A DNA stretch of 64,000 bases, from the NCBI GenBank assembly GCA_040754955.1, contig JBFMCA010000010.1, forward strand, positions 1,041-65,040, given 5' to 3'. The notes under the pieces are model-generated. The model was not told the origin of the DNA and ran no database searches. It saw nothing but the letters and a program-made list of their open reading frames with translations. Within the stretch, counting starts at the first letter, position 1; each line of letters opens with the position of its first letter. Shown one piece after another: positions 34,191-44,118 of this stretch. The DNA is from Acidobacteriota bacterium (GTDB lineage: Bacteria > Acidobacteriota > Vicinamibacteria > Vicinamibacterales > UBA2999). The translations under genes were made by a program, and so were the position numbers.

Positions 34191-35351
34191 CTACCGTCGC
34201 GCCATCGTCAGGCTGCGCAGCTTCTCGACGACGCGCGGCACGACCTCGACGACGCGGTCGATGTCGGTGTCCGTCGTGGCCTCGCCGAGACTGAATCGGA
34301 TCGAGCCCAGGGTGCGCGGGTGGGGCAGACCCATCGCCTTGAGGACGTGGGACGGTTCGAGCGTCCCGGACGAGCAGGCCGATCCGGACGAGACGGCGAT
34401 GCCCTCGAGATCGAGCGCGATGAGCAGGGACTCGGACTCGACGCGCTCGAAGCTGAGGTTGCACGTGTTGGGCACGCGCGGCTCGGCGGCGCCGTTGCGC
34501 TCGGCGCCCGGCACCCGGCGGAGGAGATCGGATTCGAGCCGGTCGCGGAGCGCCGCCTGGCGGCGCGCGTGATCCGCCAGGTGGGCGCGCGCGCGGGCCG
34601 CGGCCACGCCGAGGCCGACGAGCGCCGGCACGTTCTCGGTCCCCGCGCGCCGGTTCCTCTCCTGGCGCCCGCCCGTCATGAACGGTGTCAGGCGCACCCC
34701 GCGGCGCACCCAGAGCGCGCCCGTGCCCTTGGGGCCGTAGAACTTGTGGCCCGAGAGCGACAGCAGGTCGACGCCGAGCGCGCGGACATCGACCGGGATC
34801 TTGCCGGCCGACTGCACGGCGTCGGTATGCACAAGCGCGCCGTGCGCATGCGCGATGTCGGCAAGGGCGCGGACGGGCTGCACGGTGCCCAACTCGTTGT
34901 TGGCGTGCATGACGGACACGAGAGCCGTCTCGCGCGTGATGACCTCGGCCAGCGCGCCGGGCGACACGATGCCCGTGGCGTCGACGGGCAGCAGCGTGAC
35001 CGTCCATCCGCGGCGCGCCAGCGCCTTGAGGGTCGTCAGGACCGCCTCGTGTTCGATGGCCGTTGCGACGAGATGGCGCCGGCCGGTGGCCTCGAGCGCC
35101 TCGGCGGCGCCGCGCAGCGCGAAGTTGTCGGACTCGGTGCCGCCGGCGGTGAACACGATCTCGCCGGCGTCGGCGCCGACGAGCGCCGCGACCGACTGGC
35201 GCGCATCGTCGAGCGCCGCCTTGGCCTGCTGGCCGAAGTGATGGACGCTCGAGGCGTTGCCGAAGAGATCGCGCGTCGCGCGGGCAAGGGCCTCGGCCAC
35301 CTCGGGCGCAACCGGCGTGGTGGCGTTGTGATCGAGGTAGATCCGGGTCAC
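34191..35351 (-). CDS. iscS: cysteine desulfurase (IscS/NifS class V aminotransferase)
   Basis: IYLDHNATTP N-terminus, PLP-Lys motif SGHKFYGPKG and active-site SSGSACSS. The listed TTG at 35387 is unlikely. GTG 35351 (VTRIYLDHN) is preferred, with TGcTACGAT 7 nt upstream. It ends 7 nt before mnmA. Confidence 0.85.
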   Translation of the reverse strand: MTRIYLDHNATTPVAPEVAEALARATRDLFGNASSVHHFGQQAKAALDDARQSVAALVGADAGEIVFTAGGTESDNFALRGAAEALEATGRRHLVATAIEHEAVLTTLKALARRGWTVTLLPVDATGIVSPGALAEVITRETALVSVMHANNELGTVQPVRALADIAHAHGALVHTDAVQSAGKIPVDVRALGVDLLSLSGHKFYGPKGTGALWVRRGVRLTPFMTGGRQERNRRAGTENVPALVGLGVAAARARAHLADHARRQAALRDRLESDLLRRVPGAERNGAAEPRVPNTCNLSFERVESESLLIALDLEGIAVSSGSACSSGTLEPSHVLKAMGLPHPRTLGSIRFSLGEATTDTDIDRVVEVVPRVVEKLRSLTMARR

Positions 35352-35358
35352 CAGCGCG

Positions 35359-35367
35359 ATCGTAGCA
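35359..35367 (-). promoter_or_regulatory. candidate extended -10 (TGcTACGAT) 7 nt upstream of GTG 35351
   Basis: Minus strand reads TGCTACGAT-cgcgctg-GTG, with no SD. Confidence 0.4.
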
Positions 35368-35396
35368 TTGGTGCTAACCCACAGCAATAAAAGGAC

Positions 35397-35426
35397 TAGA
35401 CATCGGTTTTGAGCGCTGCCTATACT
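35397..35426 (+). promoter_or_regulatory. sigma70-like promoter TAGACA-N18-TATACT for the bactofilin gene
   Basis: -35 at 35397-35402 and -10 at 35421-35426. The leader is about 90 nt, with a CCTCGCC/GGCGAGG hairpin and a GGAGG SD. Confidence 0.45.
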
Positions 35427-35522
35427 GGCTGCGGGTTCTGACCTCGGCCCCTCTCCCCCGGGGTTTCACACGAACGACGGCACCCTCGCCAGACGGTCCG
35501 GGCGAGGCGGAGGATTCACACG

Positions 35523-36062
35523 ATGTGGAAGCGTGACGAGTCGGTCAAACCGGCTGCCGCGACGCCGCCGCCGGCGTCCGGTGGCGCGACCCCACCGACG
35601 CCGGCCGCTGCCGGCCAGGCGAGCCACTCAACAGGCGGGAGCGAGAACGTGAACATCGGCAAATCGGTTGTCATCAAGGGCGAGCTGAGCGGCAGCGAGG
35701 ATCTGACCATCGAGGGCCACGTCGAGGGACGCATCGAACTGCGCGACAACGTGCTCACCATCGGTCCGAACGGCAAGATCCGGGCGGAGGTCTTCGCCAA
35801 GGCCGTCATCGTGCTCGGCGAGGTCACGGGCAACGTGACCGCGTCGGAGAAGGTGGACATCCGTGACAACGGCTCCGTGGACGGCGACATCACGTCGCCC
35901 CGCGTGGCCATTGCCGAGGGGGCGCACTTCCGCGGCAGCGTCGACATGCAGCGGACCGGCGCGAAGGCGGCGGCGCCAGGGGCGCCGAAGCCGGCGCAGC
36001 CGGGTCCTGCGCAGCCGGGGGCGCCCGCGCCGCAGGCGGCCGCTCAGCCCGCGAAGGTCTGA
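35523..36062 (+). CDS. bactofilin family cytoskeletal protein
   Basis: Central beta-helical repeat region (VVIKGELSGSEDLTIEGHVEGRIELRDNVLTIGPNGKIRAEVFAKAVIVLGEVTGNVTASEKVDI...) flanked by Pro/Ala-rich tails. Confidence 0.85.
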   Translation: MWKRDESVKPAAATPPPASGGATPPTPAAAGQASHSTGGSENVNIGKSVVIKGELSGSEDLTIEGHVEGRIELRDNVLTIGPNGKIRAEVFAKAVIVLGEVTGNVTASEKVDIRDNGSVDGDITSPRVAIAEGAHFRGSVDMQRTGAKAAAPGAPKPAQPGPAQPGAPAPQAAAQPAKV

Positions 36063-36084
36063 GCGCGGTCGCGCCGAACCCGAC

Positions 36085-36744
36085 ATGTCGGGGGAGTCAC
36101 GATCGCTTGGGGATCTCTTCTCGCGCTGGGGCGGCCGCAAGGGACCGGCGGCCGAGCCGGAAGGGGCGGCAGGCGGCGACGAGGCCGCCCACCCGACCAA
36201 GGCGCTGCCGCCGTTCCTCAAGGGGCTCGCCGCCAGCGAGGGACCGGTGCTCATCGACCTGGGGCCGGTCGTCGGATCCAACGTGACGTTCTTCGGCGAG
36301 CAGCTGGGGTGCCGGCTGCGCGTCGAGGATGTGATTGCCGATATCGAGCGACACGCCCGCTCAGGGGCGACGGCCGACTTCCCCGGATTCCTCGAGACCC
36401 GCCTGCAGCAGGCGGAGGGGAGCGTCGACGGCATCCTCTGCTGGGACGTGTTCGACTATCTCGACCGGCCGGCGGCCCAGGCGCTCGCCGCGAGCCTGGT
36501 CCGCATGCTGCGGCCGGGCGGCCTGCTGCTGGGGTTCTTCAGCAACGCCGAGCCTCGGGAGCAGGTGTACACGAAGTATGTCGTGGTCGACGAGGCGCAC
36601 CTGAAGTACCGGCAGTATCCCGCCTCGGCGCCACGGCAGCGCGGCCTGCTCAACCGCGACATCATCAAGCTGTTCGAGGGGCTGACCGTGTCCGAGTCGT
36701 TCCTGATGAAGAACAACGTGCGCGAGTTCCTGTTTCGGAAGTGA
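36085..36744 (+). CDS. class I SAM-dependent methyltransferase-like protein
   Basis: ATG at 36085. Sequences VLIDLGPVVGSNVTFF...VDGILCWDVFDYL...LRPGGLLLGFF fit methyltransferase motifs I-III. 219 aa. Confidence 0.6.
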   Translation: MSGESRSLGDLFSRWGGRKGPAAEPEGAAGGDEAAHPTKALPPFLKGLAASEGPVLIDLGPVVGSNVTFFGEQLGCRLRVEDVIADIERHARSGATADFPGFLETRLQQAEGSVDGILCWDVFDYLDRPAAQALAASLVRMLRPGGLLLGFFSNAEPREQVYTKYVVVDEAHLKYRQYPASAPRQRGLLNRDIIKLFEGLTVSESFLMKNNVREFLFRK

Positions 36745-36755
36745 AACGGGTTCTT

Positions 36756-36790
36756 CGCCATTCGCCATTCGTCATTCGTCATTCGTCATT
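36756..36790. repeat. heptamer tandem repeat (CGYCATT)x5, same family as 20891-20918
   Basis: cgccatt cgccatt cgtcatt cgtcatt cgtcatt followed by ccctgt, the same 3' flank as at 20919. It starts 12 nt after a stop codon. No inverted partner arm is present. Confidence 0.8.
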
Positions 36791-36814
36791 CCCTGTTCCC
36801 CCTGAGCCCACTCC

Positions 36815-37606
36815 ATGGCCCGCCCGATCGTCGCCCTGCTGACGGACTTCGGCACGCGCGATCACTACGTCGGCGCGATGAAGGCCGTCGTCCTGGGCGT
36901 GTGCCCGGACGCGACGCTGGTCGACATCGGGCACGACATCCCGCCGCACGACGTGTTCGCCGGCGCGCTCGAGCTGGCGGCCTGCTACAAGTACTTCCCG
37001 GCCGGGACGATCTTCCTGGTGGTGGTCGATCCCGGCGTGGGGTCCGGGCGGCGCGGGATCGCGGCCGAGTGCGGTGATTACCGGTTCGTGGCGCCCGACA
37101 ACGGCGTGCTGAGCGCCGTCGTCCGCGAGACGCCGCCGCGCAAGGTGGTGGAGCTGACCGAGCGCAAGTACGCGCGGCCGACGGTGAGCCGGACCTTCGA
37201 GGGCCGCGACCGCTTCGCGCCGGCCGCGGGCTGGCTGGCGAGGGGCGTCGGCCTCGCGGGGCTCGGCCGGCCCGTGCCGGACTACGTCACCATCGACATC
37301 CCCGTGCCCGACGTCGTGGACAGCCGGGTGCTGGGCGTCGTCGTCCGGGTGGACCGCTTCGGCAACCTGGTCACGAACATCGATCGCCGCGTGTTCGAGC
37401 GGCTCGCCAAGGACGGATCGGTGGGTGTGGAGGCCGGCGGCCGGCCGATTGCGCGGCTGGTGACGACCTATGCCGATGCGCCGCCCGGGGAGCCCTGCGC
37501 GCTCTTCGGCAGCACCGACGACCTCGAGATCGCGGTGAATGGCGGGAGCGCGGCGCAGATGCTCGGGCTCGGGCGCGGCGCGGTCGTCGCGGTGAGGCGC
37601 GAGTGA
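36815..37606 (+). CDS. SAM hydrolase / SAM-dependent halogenase family protein (DUF62, S-adenosyl-L-methionine hydroxide adenosyltransferase-like)
   Basis: N-terminal signature [21 protein letters not shown]...[12 protein letters not shown]...VVVDPGVGS and C-terminal barrel ([10 protein letters not shown]). Confidence 0.8.
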   Translation: MARPIVALLTDFGTRDHYVGAMKAVVLGVCPDATLVDIGHDIPPHDVFAGALELAACYKYFPAGTIFLVVVDPGVGSGRRGIAAECGDYRFVAPDNGVLSAVVRETPPRKVVELTERKYARPTVSRTFEGRDRFAPAAGWLARGVGLAGLGRPVPDYVTIDIPVPDVVDSRVLGVVVRVDRFGNLVTNIDRRVFERLAKDGSVGVEAGGRPIARLVTTYADAPPGEPCALFGSTDDLEIAVNGGSAAQMLGLGRGAVVAVRRE

Positions 37607-37611
37607 GGGAT

Positions 37612-38649
37612 ATGCTACCATCGGCGGTCGCACCCATGCCGAAGCACTCCCGCAAACCGCTCGAAACCGACCTGTCGCTCGAGTTCCTCCGCGTCGTCGA
37701 GCAGGCGGCCATCGCCTGCGCGCACACGATGGGCCAGGGGGATCGCCACCGCTCCGACCAGGCGGCGGTCGAGGCCATGCGGAGGGAGATGGACACGGTG
37801 CCGATCGATGGCACCATCGTCATCGGCGAAGGCGAGCGTGACGAGGCGCCGATGCTGTTCATCGGCGAGAAGGTCGGCATGGCGCACAAGCCGGGCGCCG
37901 ACGGCCGGCAGTTCGACCGGGTCGACATCGCGGTCGATCCGCTGGAGGGGACCAATCTCTGCGCCACCGGCGCGCCGAACGCGATTGCGGTGCTGGCGGC
38001 CTCGGAAGAGGGCGGGCTCCTGCACGCGCCGGACATCTACATGAACAAGCTCGTCGTCGGGCCGAGCTCCAAGCACCTGGTGGATCTCGACGCCCCGGTG
38101 CGGGAGAACCTGCGGGCGATCGCGCGGAGCCTGGGCCGCCAGGTGGACGAGCTGAGCGTCGTGGTGCTCGACCGGCCACGACACGAGCAGCTCATCCACG
38201 ACATCCGGGCGACGGGCGCGCGGATCCGGCTGATCGGCGACGGGGATCTCTCGGCGGCCATCGCGGCGGCGGTCGCGGGCAGCGGCGTGCACGCGGTGAT
38301 GGGCATCGGCGGCGCGCCCGAGGGGGTGCTCTCGGCGGCGGCCATGCGGTGCCTGAATGGCGAGATCTTCGCGCGGCTCGTCATTTCGAAGCCGGAAGAC
38401 GAGGAGCGGTGCCGGTCGATGGGCATCACCGACGTGAATCGGGTGTTCAAGTCGGACGACCTGGCGCCCGGCCGGGACATCATCTTCGCGGCCACGGGCG
38501 TGACTGACGGCACCCTGATGCGGGGCTGCCGCTTCTTCGGCGACGGCATCCGCACGAGCTCGCTCGTCATGCAGACCAACCCGCACCGCATCCGGTTCAT
38601 CGACAGCATCCAGGTCTATCCCGGACCGGCGGTCAAGATCCGCTTCTAG
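37612..38649 (+). CDS. glpX: class II fructose-1,6-bisphosphatase
   Basis: GlpX-like throughout ([22 protein letters not shown]...[11 protein letters not shown]...[10 protein letters not shown]...GIGGAPEGV). The start is ambiguous (GTG 37603, ATG 37612 or ATG 37636). Confidence 0.85.
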   Translation: MLPSAVAPMPKHSRKPLETDLSLEFLRVVEQAAIACAHTMGQGDRHRSDQAAVEAMRREMDTVPIDGTIVIGEGERDEAPMLFIGEKVGMAHKPGADGRQFDRVDIAVDPLEGTNLCATGAPNAIAVLAASEEGGLLHAPDIYMNKLVVGPSSKHLVDLDAPVRENLRAIARSLGRQVDELSVVVLDRPRHEQLIHDIRATGARIRLIGDGDLSAAIAAAVAGSGVHAVMGIGGAPEGVLSAAAMRCLNGEIFARLVISKPEDEERCRSMGITDVNRVFKSDDLAPGRDIIFAATGVTDGTLMRGCRFFGDGIRTSSLVMQTNPHRIRFIDSIQVYPGPAVKIRF

Positions 38650-38655
38650 CCGGGC

Positions 38656-39900
38656 GTGAGCGACCTGACGCTGACGCCGGAGCAGTCCCGACGGAACGTC
38701 CTGGCGTCGGCGGCGGCCTGCGGCATCGGCTTCACCGGCTTCACGCTCGTCATGCCGTTCCTGCCGCTCTACATTGCGGAGCTCGGCGTCACCGACGTCG
38801 GCCAGATCGCGATGTGGACCGGCCTCACGCTCGGCGCGACGCCGGCCGTGACGGCCGTCAGCGCCCCGCTCTGGGGCCGCGTCGGCGATCGCTACGGCAG
38901 CAAGCTTCTCGTCCTCCGGTCCCTCTTCGCATTCGTGCTGACCAAGGGCGCGATGGCCTTCGTGACCGCGCCGTGGCAGCTCTTCGCGCTGCGCGCGCTC
39001 CTGGGCGTGTTTGCGGGCTATGGCGCGCTCACGATGAGCATGGCGGCCGAGTCGGTGCCGCGCGAGCGCATGGCGGCCGCCATTGGCACGGTGCAGGTGG
39101 GGCAGCGGCTGGGGCCGGCGATCGGTCCGGTACTCGGCGGGGTGATTGCGCCGCTCATCGGCCTGCGCGCGTCGTTCCTGGTGACCGCGGCGTTCTATCT
39201 GGTTGCGGCGCTGTTCGTGGCCCTCGTCTATCAGGAGCCGCGCGCGCGGCGCGCGCGCGCCGCGACCCGCCCGCTGGGCGAGGTGATCGGCGAGCTGGTG
39301 CGGCTGCCGGGCTTCCTCCTGCTGCTCGGTGTCATCCTGACGCTGCAGCTCGTCGATCGGTCGTTCGGGCCGATTCTGCCGCTCTTCGTCGCGGAGCTCG
39401 GCTTCACGCCGGGCGCCGTTCCCGGCGTCTCGGGCGTGCTGTTCTCGATTGCCGCGGTGTTCGCCGCCCTGGGCCACAAGGTGGCCGGTCGGCTGCTGCT
39501 TGCACACGCCCCGCGATCGCTCGTCGTCACCTCGTCGCTCGGGACGGCGCTGGCCATCACCGCGCTGCTGCTCGTCCCTTCCGTCTGGGTCTTCGCAGCG
39601 GCGCTCGCGTGCGGCGGCGCGGCGATCGGTATCGGGATGACGGCGGCCTACTCGGTGGGCGGCGCGCTGCTGCCGAAGGACGCGCACGCCACGGGCTTCG
39701 GGCTGATGACGACGGCGTCGCTCATCGGGCTGGCGGTGAGCCCGGTGGTGGCGGGCTTCCTCGGAAAGGCCGATCTCAAGGTCGTCTTCGCGGCCGATGT
39801 GGTGCTGCTCGCCGGCCTGGCAGCGATGACGTGGCGGCTGATGACGCCAGGGCAGGCGTCGCCGGCGGTGCGGGCCGCACCGGACGGGCCCGAGGCGTGA
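38656..39900 (+). CDS. MFS transporter
   Basis: 414 aa with about 12 TM helices and the MFS loop motif GRVGDRYGSK. GTG start. Confidence 0.8.
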   Translation: MSDLTLTPEQSRRNVLASAAACGIGFTGFTLVMPFLPLYIAELGVTDVGQIAMWTGLTLGATPAVTAVSAPLWGRVGDRYGSKLLVLRSLFAFVLTKGAMAFVTAPWQLFALRALLGVFAGYGALTMSMAAESVPRERMAAAIGTVQVGQRLGPAIGPVLGGVIAPLIGLRASFLVTAAFYLVAALFVALVYQEPRARRARAATRPLGEVIGELVRLPGFLLLLGVILTLQLVDRSFGPILPLFVAELGFTPGAVPGVSGVLFSIAAVFAALGHKVAGRLLLAHAPRSLVVTSSLGTALAITALLLVPSVWVFAAALACGGAAIGIGMTAAYSVGGALLPKDAHATGFGLMTTASLIGLAVSPVVAGFLGKADLKVVFAADVVLLAGLAAMTWRLMTPGQASPAVRAAPDGPEA

Positions 39901-39934
39901 CGCCGCGCGGCGCAGGAGGCCGCCCGGAAGTTTT

Positions 39935-39942
39935 TGTACAAT
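39935..39942 (+). promoter_or_regulatory. candidate -10 (TGTACAAT) 12 nt upstream of the hflX ATG
   Basis: TGTACAAT-ccaacagcgtcg-ATG, with no SD. Confidence 0.3.
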
Positions 39943-39954
39943 CCAACAGCGTCG

Positions 39955-41277
39955 ATGGAGAGCCCACCGCGGACACGGGAGCGCGCCGCCATTGTCGGTC
40001 TGGTGACCGGCACGGCGCGGCGCGTCGATGCCGAGCACTCGCTCGAGGAGCTGGCCGGTCTGGTCGACGCGGCGGGCGCTCACGTGGTGCTGCGCGTGCT
40101 GCAGGAGCGCCCGCGACCCGATCCCGCGACGTTTCTGGGCAGCGGCAAGGTCGAGCTGCTCGCGCAGGCGGCGGCCGAAGCCGACGTGGACGTGGTGGTC
40201 TTCGACAACGAGCTGTCGCCGGCCCAGCTGCGGGAGCTGACCAAGCGGCTGTCGCGCCGGATCGTGGACCGGACCCAGCTCATCCTCGACATCTTCGCGC
40301 GGCGCGCGCGGACGCGGGAAGGGAAGCTGCAGGTGGAGCTGGCGCAGCTGAAGTACCTGCTGCCGCGCCTCGTGGGCGCAGGCGCGGAGCTGTCACGGCT
40401 TGGCGGCGGCATCGGCACGCGCGGCCCCGGCGAGACCAAGCTCGAGACCGATCGGCGGAAGATCCGGATGCGCATCCACGCGCTGCAGCAGGACCTCGAC
40501 ACGGTGCGGCGACGCCGCTCGCAGCTTCGCGAGCGGCGGCAGAAGGCCGCCGTGCCGACCGTCGCGCTCGTCGGCTACACCAACGCCGGGAAGACGACGT
40601 TGTTCAATCGCCTCACCGCGTCGGAGGCCGTCGCGTCGGATGCGCTCTTCGTGACGCTCGACCCGCTGGTCCGGCGGGTGCGGCTGCCCGACCGGCGCGA
40701 GCTGCTGGTGTCGGACACGGTCGGGTTCATCGACCGCCTGCCGCACGCGCTCGTGGCGGCCTTTCGCGCCACGCTCGAGGAGACGGCCGAGGCCGACCTG
40801 GTGCTGCACGTGATCGACAGCGCGAACCCCGAGCGGGATCGGCAGGTGGCCGCCGTGAGCCGGGTGCTGGAGGAGGTCGGCGCCACGGAGGTGCCGCGCC
40901 TCGAGGTGTACAACAAGATCGACCTCGTGACGCCCGACGAGCGGCGGCGGCTGCAGGAGGCCGACGCGACGGCCCTGCTCATCTCCGCCGCGTCCGGCGA
41001 GGGCTGCGACGAGCTGGTGGAGACGATCGCCGCGCGTCTGGCGCTCGACCAGCAGCGCGTCCGGGTGGAGATCGATCTGGCGCAGCCCGCGGCGGCCGGG
41101 CGCCTCGCGTGGTGCTATCGGCACGGTCGCGTCCACAGCCATGTGTCGACGGGCGACCGCGCGGTGCTGGAAGTCGACGTGCCGCGGCGCCTGCTCGAGC
41201 AGGTTCGCGGGCAGGTGGACGACATGACGGACACACCCGCCGAGGCGGGCGCGTCGCAGCGGGTGCGCCGTGCGTAG
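39955..41277 (+). CDS. hflX: GTPase HflX
   Basis: HflX N-domain (FLGSGKVEEL-like FLGSGKVELL). G motifs GYTNAGKTTLFN, DTVGF and NKID are present. The listed start at 39934 is TTG, so ATG 39955 is preferred. Confidence 0.9.
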   Translation: MESPPRTRERAAIVGLVTGTARRVDAEHSLEELAGLVDAAGAHVVLRVLQERPRPDPATFLGSGKVELLAQAAAEADVDVVVFDNELSPAQLRELTKRLSRRIVDRTQLILDIFARRARTREGKLQVELAQLKYLLPRLVGAGAELSRLGGGIGTRGPGETKLETDRRKIRMRIHALQQDLDTVRRRRSQLRERRQKAAVPTVALVGYTNAGKTTLFNRLTASEAVASDALFVTLDPLVRRVRLPDRRELLVSDTVGFIDRLPHALVAAFRATLEETAEADLVLHVIDSANPERDRQVAAVSRVLEEVGATEVPRLEVYNKIDLVTPDERRRLQEADATALLISAASGEGCDELVETIAARLALDQQRVRVEIDLAQPAAAGRLAWCYRHGRVHSHVSTGDRAVLEVDVPRRLLEQVRGQVDDMTDTPAEAGASQRVRRA

Positions 41278-42610
41278 CCGGGCGCTCGTGGCCGCCGCGC
41301 TGGCCGCAACGCTGGCCGCCTGCGCGGCGCGGACGATGCCGCCGATGCCGGCCGCGCCGGCGCATCCGGAGTATCCGTACCCCGCCGTCGCTTCTGGCGC
41401 GGCGCCCGATCAGGTCGCCCGGATCGAGCGCGGCTGGCGCTACCTGCAGGCCGACAACCTCCGAGCGGCGGAGCGTGAGTTCCAGGCGGCCGCCCGCGCG
41501 CAGGCCGGCTTTGCGCCGGCCGAGGCCGCGCTGGGGTTCGTCGAGCTGGCGCGCCGCGACGCGGAGGATGCAGTCGCCCGCTTCGACCGTGCGCTGGCAG
41601 CCGATGGCGCCTACGTGCCTGCGCTCGTCGGGCGCGGCCAGGCGCTCCTGGAGCTGAACCGGGACGGCGAAGCGCTGGCGAGCTTCGAGGCGGCGCTCGC
41701 GTCGGACGCCACGCTGGTGGAGGTCGCCGCGCGGGTGGAGGTCCTGCGGTTTCGCGCGCTCCAGGACAACCTGGCGCGCGCCAAGGCCGCCGCGGCCGCG
41801 GGAGAGTGGGCCGAGGCGCGCGCGGCGTACGAGCGCGCCATCGCGGCGTCTCCGGAGTCGGGGTTTCTCTACCGCGAGCTGGCGCTTGTCGAGCGGCGCG
41901 CGGGCGAAACCGCGCTCGCGCTCGACCACCTGCGGACAGCCGTGTCGCTCGATCCCGGCGACGCGGCGGCGCACGCGCAGATCGGGGCCATCCTCGATGC
42001 CCAGGGCGACTACGCCGGGGCGCTGGCGGCGTGGGAGACGGCGCTCGCGATCGATCGCACCGCGGTGGAGGAGGCCGCCGTCCGCCGCGCGCGCGAGCGC
42101 CTGGCGCTTGCGGCGCTGCCGGCCGAGTACCGCCGCATCTCCACGTCGGCGACCGTGACGCGCGGCGACGTGGCGGCGCTCGTCGGCGTGCGGCTCGAGG
42201 GGCTGCTGGCGGGCGCGCGGCAGCGGCAGGTGGTGCTGACCGACATTCGCGGTCACTGGGCGGCGCCGTGGATTGCCGCCGCTGTGCGGGCCGGAGCCAT
42301 GGAGCCGCTGCCGAATTACACCTTCGCCCCCCGCGAGATCGTGCGGCGGGCCGAGATGGCACAGACCGTGGCGCGGGTCCTGAACCTGATCGCCGCGTCG
42401 AAACCGGCGCTCGGCCGCGCGTGGCAGGGCGCCCGGGTCACCGTGGCCGACGTGCCCCCCGGCCACCTGCTGCACCCGGCGGTGTCGCTGGCGGTGGCCT
42501 CGGGCGTGATGCCGCTCGAGGCCGGGGGCCGGTTCAACCTGCTCGAAGCCGTCTCGGGCGCCGAGGCGACGGCCATCATTGGACGGCTGGAGGCGCTGGC
42601 GCGGCCGTGA
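41270..42610 (+). CDS. TPR-repeat lipoprotein with C-terminal SLH-like region
   Basis: Lipobox LAAC after MRSRALVAAALAAT, several TPR units, and C-terminal segments resembling S-layer-homology repeats (VTRGDVAALV..., FAPREIVRRAEMAQTVARVL). GTG start overlaps the hflX stop. Confidence 0.6.
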   Translation: MRSRALVAAALAATLAACAARTMPPMPAAPAHPEYPYPAVASGAAPDQVARIERGWRYLQADNLRAAEREFQAAARAQAGFAPAEAALGFVELARRDAEDAVARFDRALAADGAYVPALVGRGQALLELNRDGEALASFEAALASDATLVEVAARVEVLRFRALQDNLARAKAAAAAGEWAEARAAYERAIAASPESGFLYRELALVERRAGETALALDHLRTAVSLDPGDAAAHAQIGAILDAQGDYAGALAAWETALAIDRTAVEEAAVRRARERLALAALPAEYRRISTSATVTRGDVAALVGVRLEGLLAGARQRQVVLTDIRGHWAAPWIAAAVRAGAMEPLPNYTFAPREIVRRAEMAQTVARVLNLIAASKPALGRAWQGARVTVADVPPGHLLHPAVSLAVASGVMPLEAGGRFNLLEAVSGAEATAIIGRLEALARP

Positions 42611-43176
42611 AGGGGCCGATCCTCACGTGGGCCAACCAGCTCACGCTGCTACGCATGCTCCTGATACCGGCCTTCGTGCTGCTGCTCGTCTACGGGCAGT
42701 CCGGGTGGGCCCTGGCGGTCTTCATGCTGGCCGGCGCGACGGACCTGCTCGATGGGCTCATTGCGCGGTGGACGCAGCAGAAGTCCGAGCTCGGCGCGTG
42801 GCTTGATCCGGCAGCCGACAAGCTCCTGCTCGTCACGACGTTCATCGTGCTGACGATGCCGAACCTGGGGCTGGTGAACCGGATTCCGCTGTGGCTGACC
42901 GTGCTCGTGATCAGCCGCGACGTGGGCATCGTGCTGACGGTGGCCATCGTGAACCTGGCGCAGGGGCCCCGCACGTTCCGCCCGTCGCTGCTGGGCAAGG
43001 GCGCGACGGCCTTCTTCATCCTGACGTGCGTCGTGGTGATGTACTACAACTACCTCGGCTACCCGTCGCCGGTGGTGGACGTGTTCATCTGGGGGTCGCT
43101 GGCCATCACGCTGGCCTCGGGCGTGGACTACGTGTTTCGCGTCGCGCGCATCCTGCACGCGGAGGGCGCGCGCTAG
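42607..43176 (+). CDS. pgsA: CDP-alcohol phosphatidyltransferase (likely CDP-diacylglycerol--glycerol-3-phosphate 3-phosphatidyltransferase)
   Basis: The GTG at 42607 overlaps the upstream TGA. Has the signature DLLDGLIARWTQQKSELGAWLDPAADK (D-G-x2-A-R-x8-G-x3-D-x3-D). 189 aa, multi-TM. Confidence 0.8.
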   Translation: MKGPILTWANQLTLLRMLLIPAFVLLLVYGQSGWALAVFMLAGATDLLDGLIARWTQQKSELGAWLDPAADKLLLVTTFIVLTMPNLGLVNRIPLWLTVLVISRDVGIVLTVAIVNLAQGPRTFRPSLLGKGATAFFILTCVVVMYYNYLGYPSPVVDVFIWGSLAITLASGVDYVFRVARILHAEGAR

Positions 43177-43182
43177 CCGGAC

Positions 43183-44118
43183 CTAGCCGATCTTCTCTCG
43201 GAAGTATGCGATGGTCTCGGTGAGCCCTTCGCGGAGCGACACCTTCGGCTCCCAGCCCAGGATGGCGCGGGCGCGCGTGATGTCGGGGCGCCGCACCTTC
43301 GGGTCGTCCTCGGGCAGCGGCTTGTAGACGATGCGGCTCGACGAGCCGGTCATCTCGATGATGACCCTGGCGATCTCCTCGATGGTCATCTCAGCCGGGT
43401 TCCCGATGTTCACCGGATCGTTGGTCTCCGAGTGCATCAGGCGGATGATGCCGTCCACGAGATCGGAGATGTAGCAGAAGCTGCGCGTCTGCCGGCCGTC
43501 ACCGAACACGGTGACGTCCTCGTTGCGCAGGGCCTGCGAGATGAAGGCCGGCACGGCGCGGCCGTCGCGGATGCGCATGCGCGGGCCGTACGTGTTGAAG
43601 ATGCGGACGATCTTGGTGTCGAGCCCGTGATAGCGGTGGTAGGCAACCGTCATCGCTTCGGCAAATCGCTTGGCTTCGTCGTACACGCCGCGCGGGCCGA
43701 TGGGGTTCACGTGGCCCCAGTACGTCTCCTTCTGCGGGTGCTCCAGCGGATCGCCGTACACCTCGGAGGTGGACGCGATGACGAACCGCGCGCCCTTGGC
43801 CTTCGCCAGCCCGAGCGCCTTGTGCGTGCCCAGCGCGCCCACCTTGAGCGTCGGAATCGGCAGCTCCAGGTAGTCGATGGGGCTCGCCGGGCTCGCCCAG
43901 TGCAGCACGAAATCCACGGGCCCCTCCACCTCGATGTAGTGCGTCACGTCGTGGCGGATGAACTGGAAGTCGCGGTCCCGCAGGTGCGCGATGTTGGCGA
44001 GGTCGCCGGTGAGCAGGTTGTCGATGCCGACCACCGAGTAGCCGCGATCGAGCAGCGCCTCGGACAGGTGCGAGCCGATGAAGCCGGCGGCTCCGGTGAT
44101 GACGACGCGCCCGCTCAC
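43183..44118 (-). CDS. UDP-glucuronate decarboxylase (UDP-xylose synthase)-like SDR
   Basis: The GTG at 44116-44118 overlaps the upstream stop (GTGA). Motifs [49 protein letters not shown] (YxxxK) are present. The listed 810-aa ORF is a frame artefact. Confidence 0.8.
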   Translation of the reverse strand: MSGRVVITGAAGFIGSHLSEALLDRGYSVVGIDNLLTGDLANIAHLRDRDFQFIRHDVTHYIEVEGPVDFVLHWASPASPIDYLELPIPTLKVGALGTHKALGLAKAKGARFVIASTSEVYGDPLEHPQKETYWGHVNPIGPRGVYDEAKRFAEAMTVAYHRYHGLDTKIVRIFNTYGPRMRIRDGRAVPAFISQALRNEDVTVFGDGRQTRSFCYISDLVDGIIRLMHSETNDPVNIGNPAEMTIEEIARVIIEMTGSSSRIVYKPLPEDDPKVRRPDITRARAILGWEPKVSLREGLTETIAYFREKIG

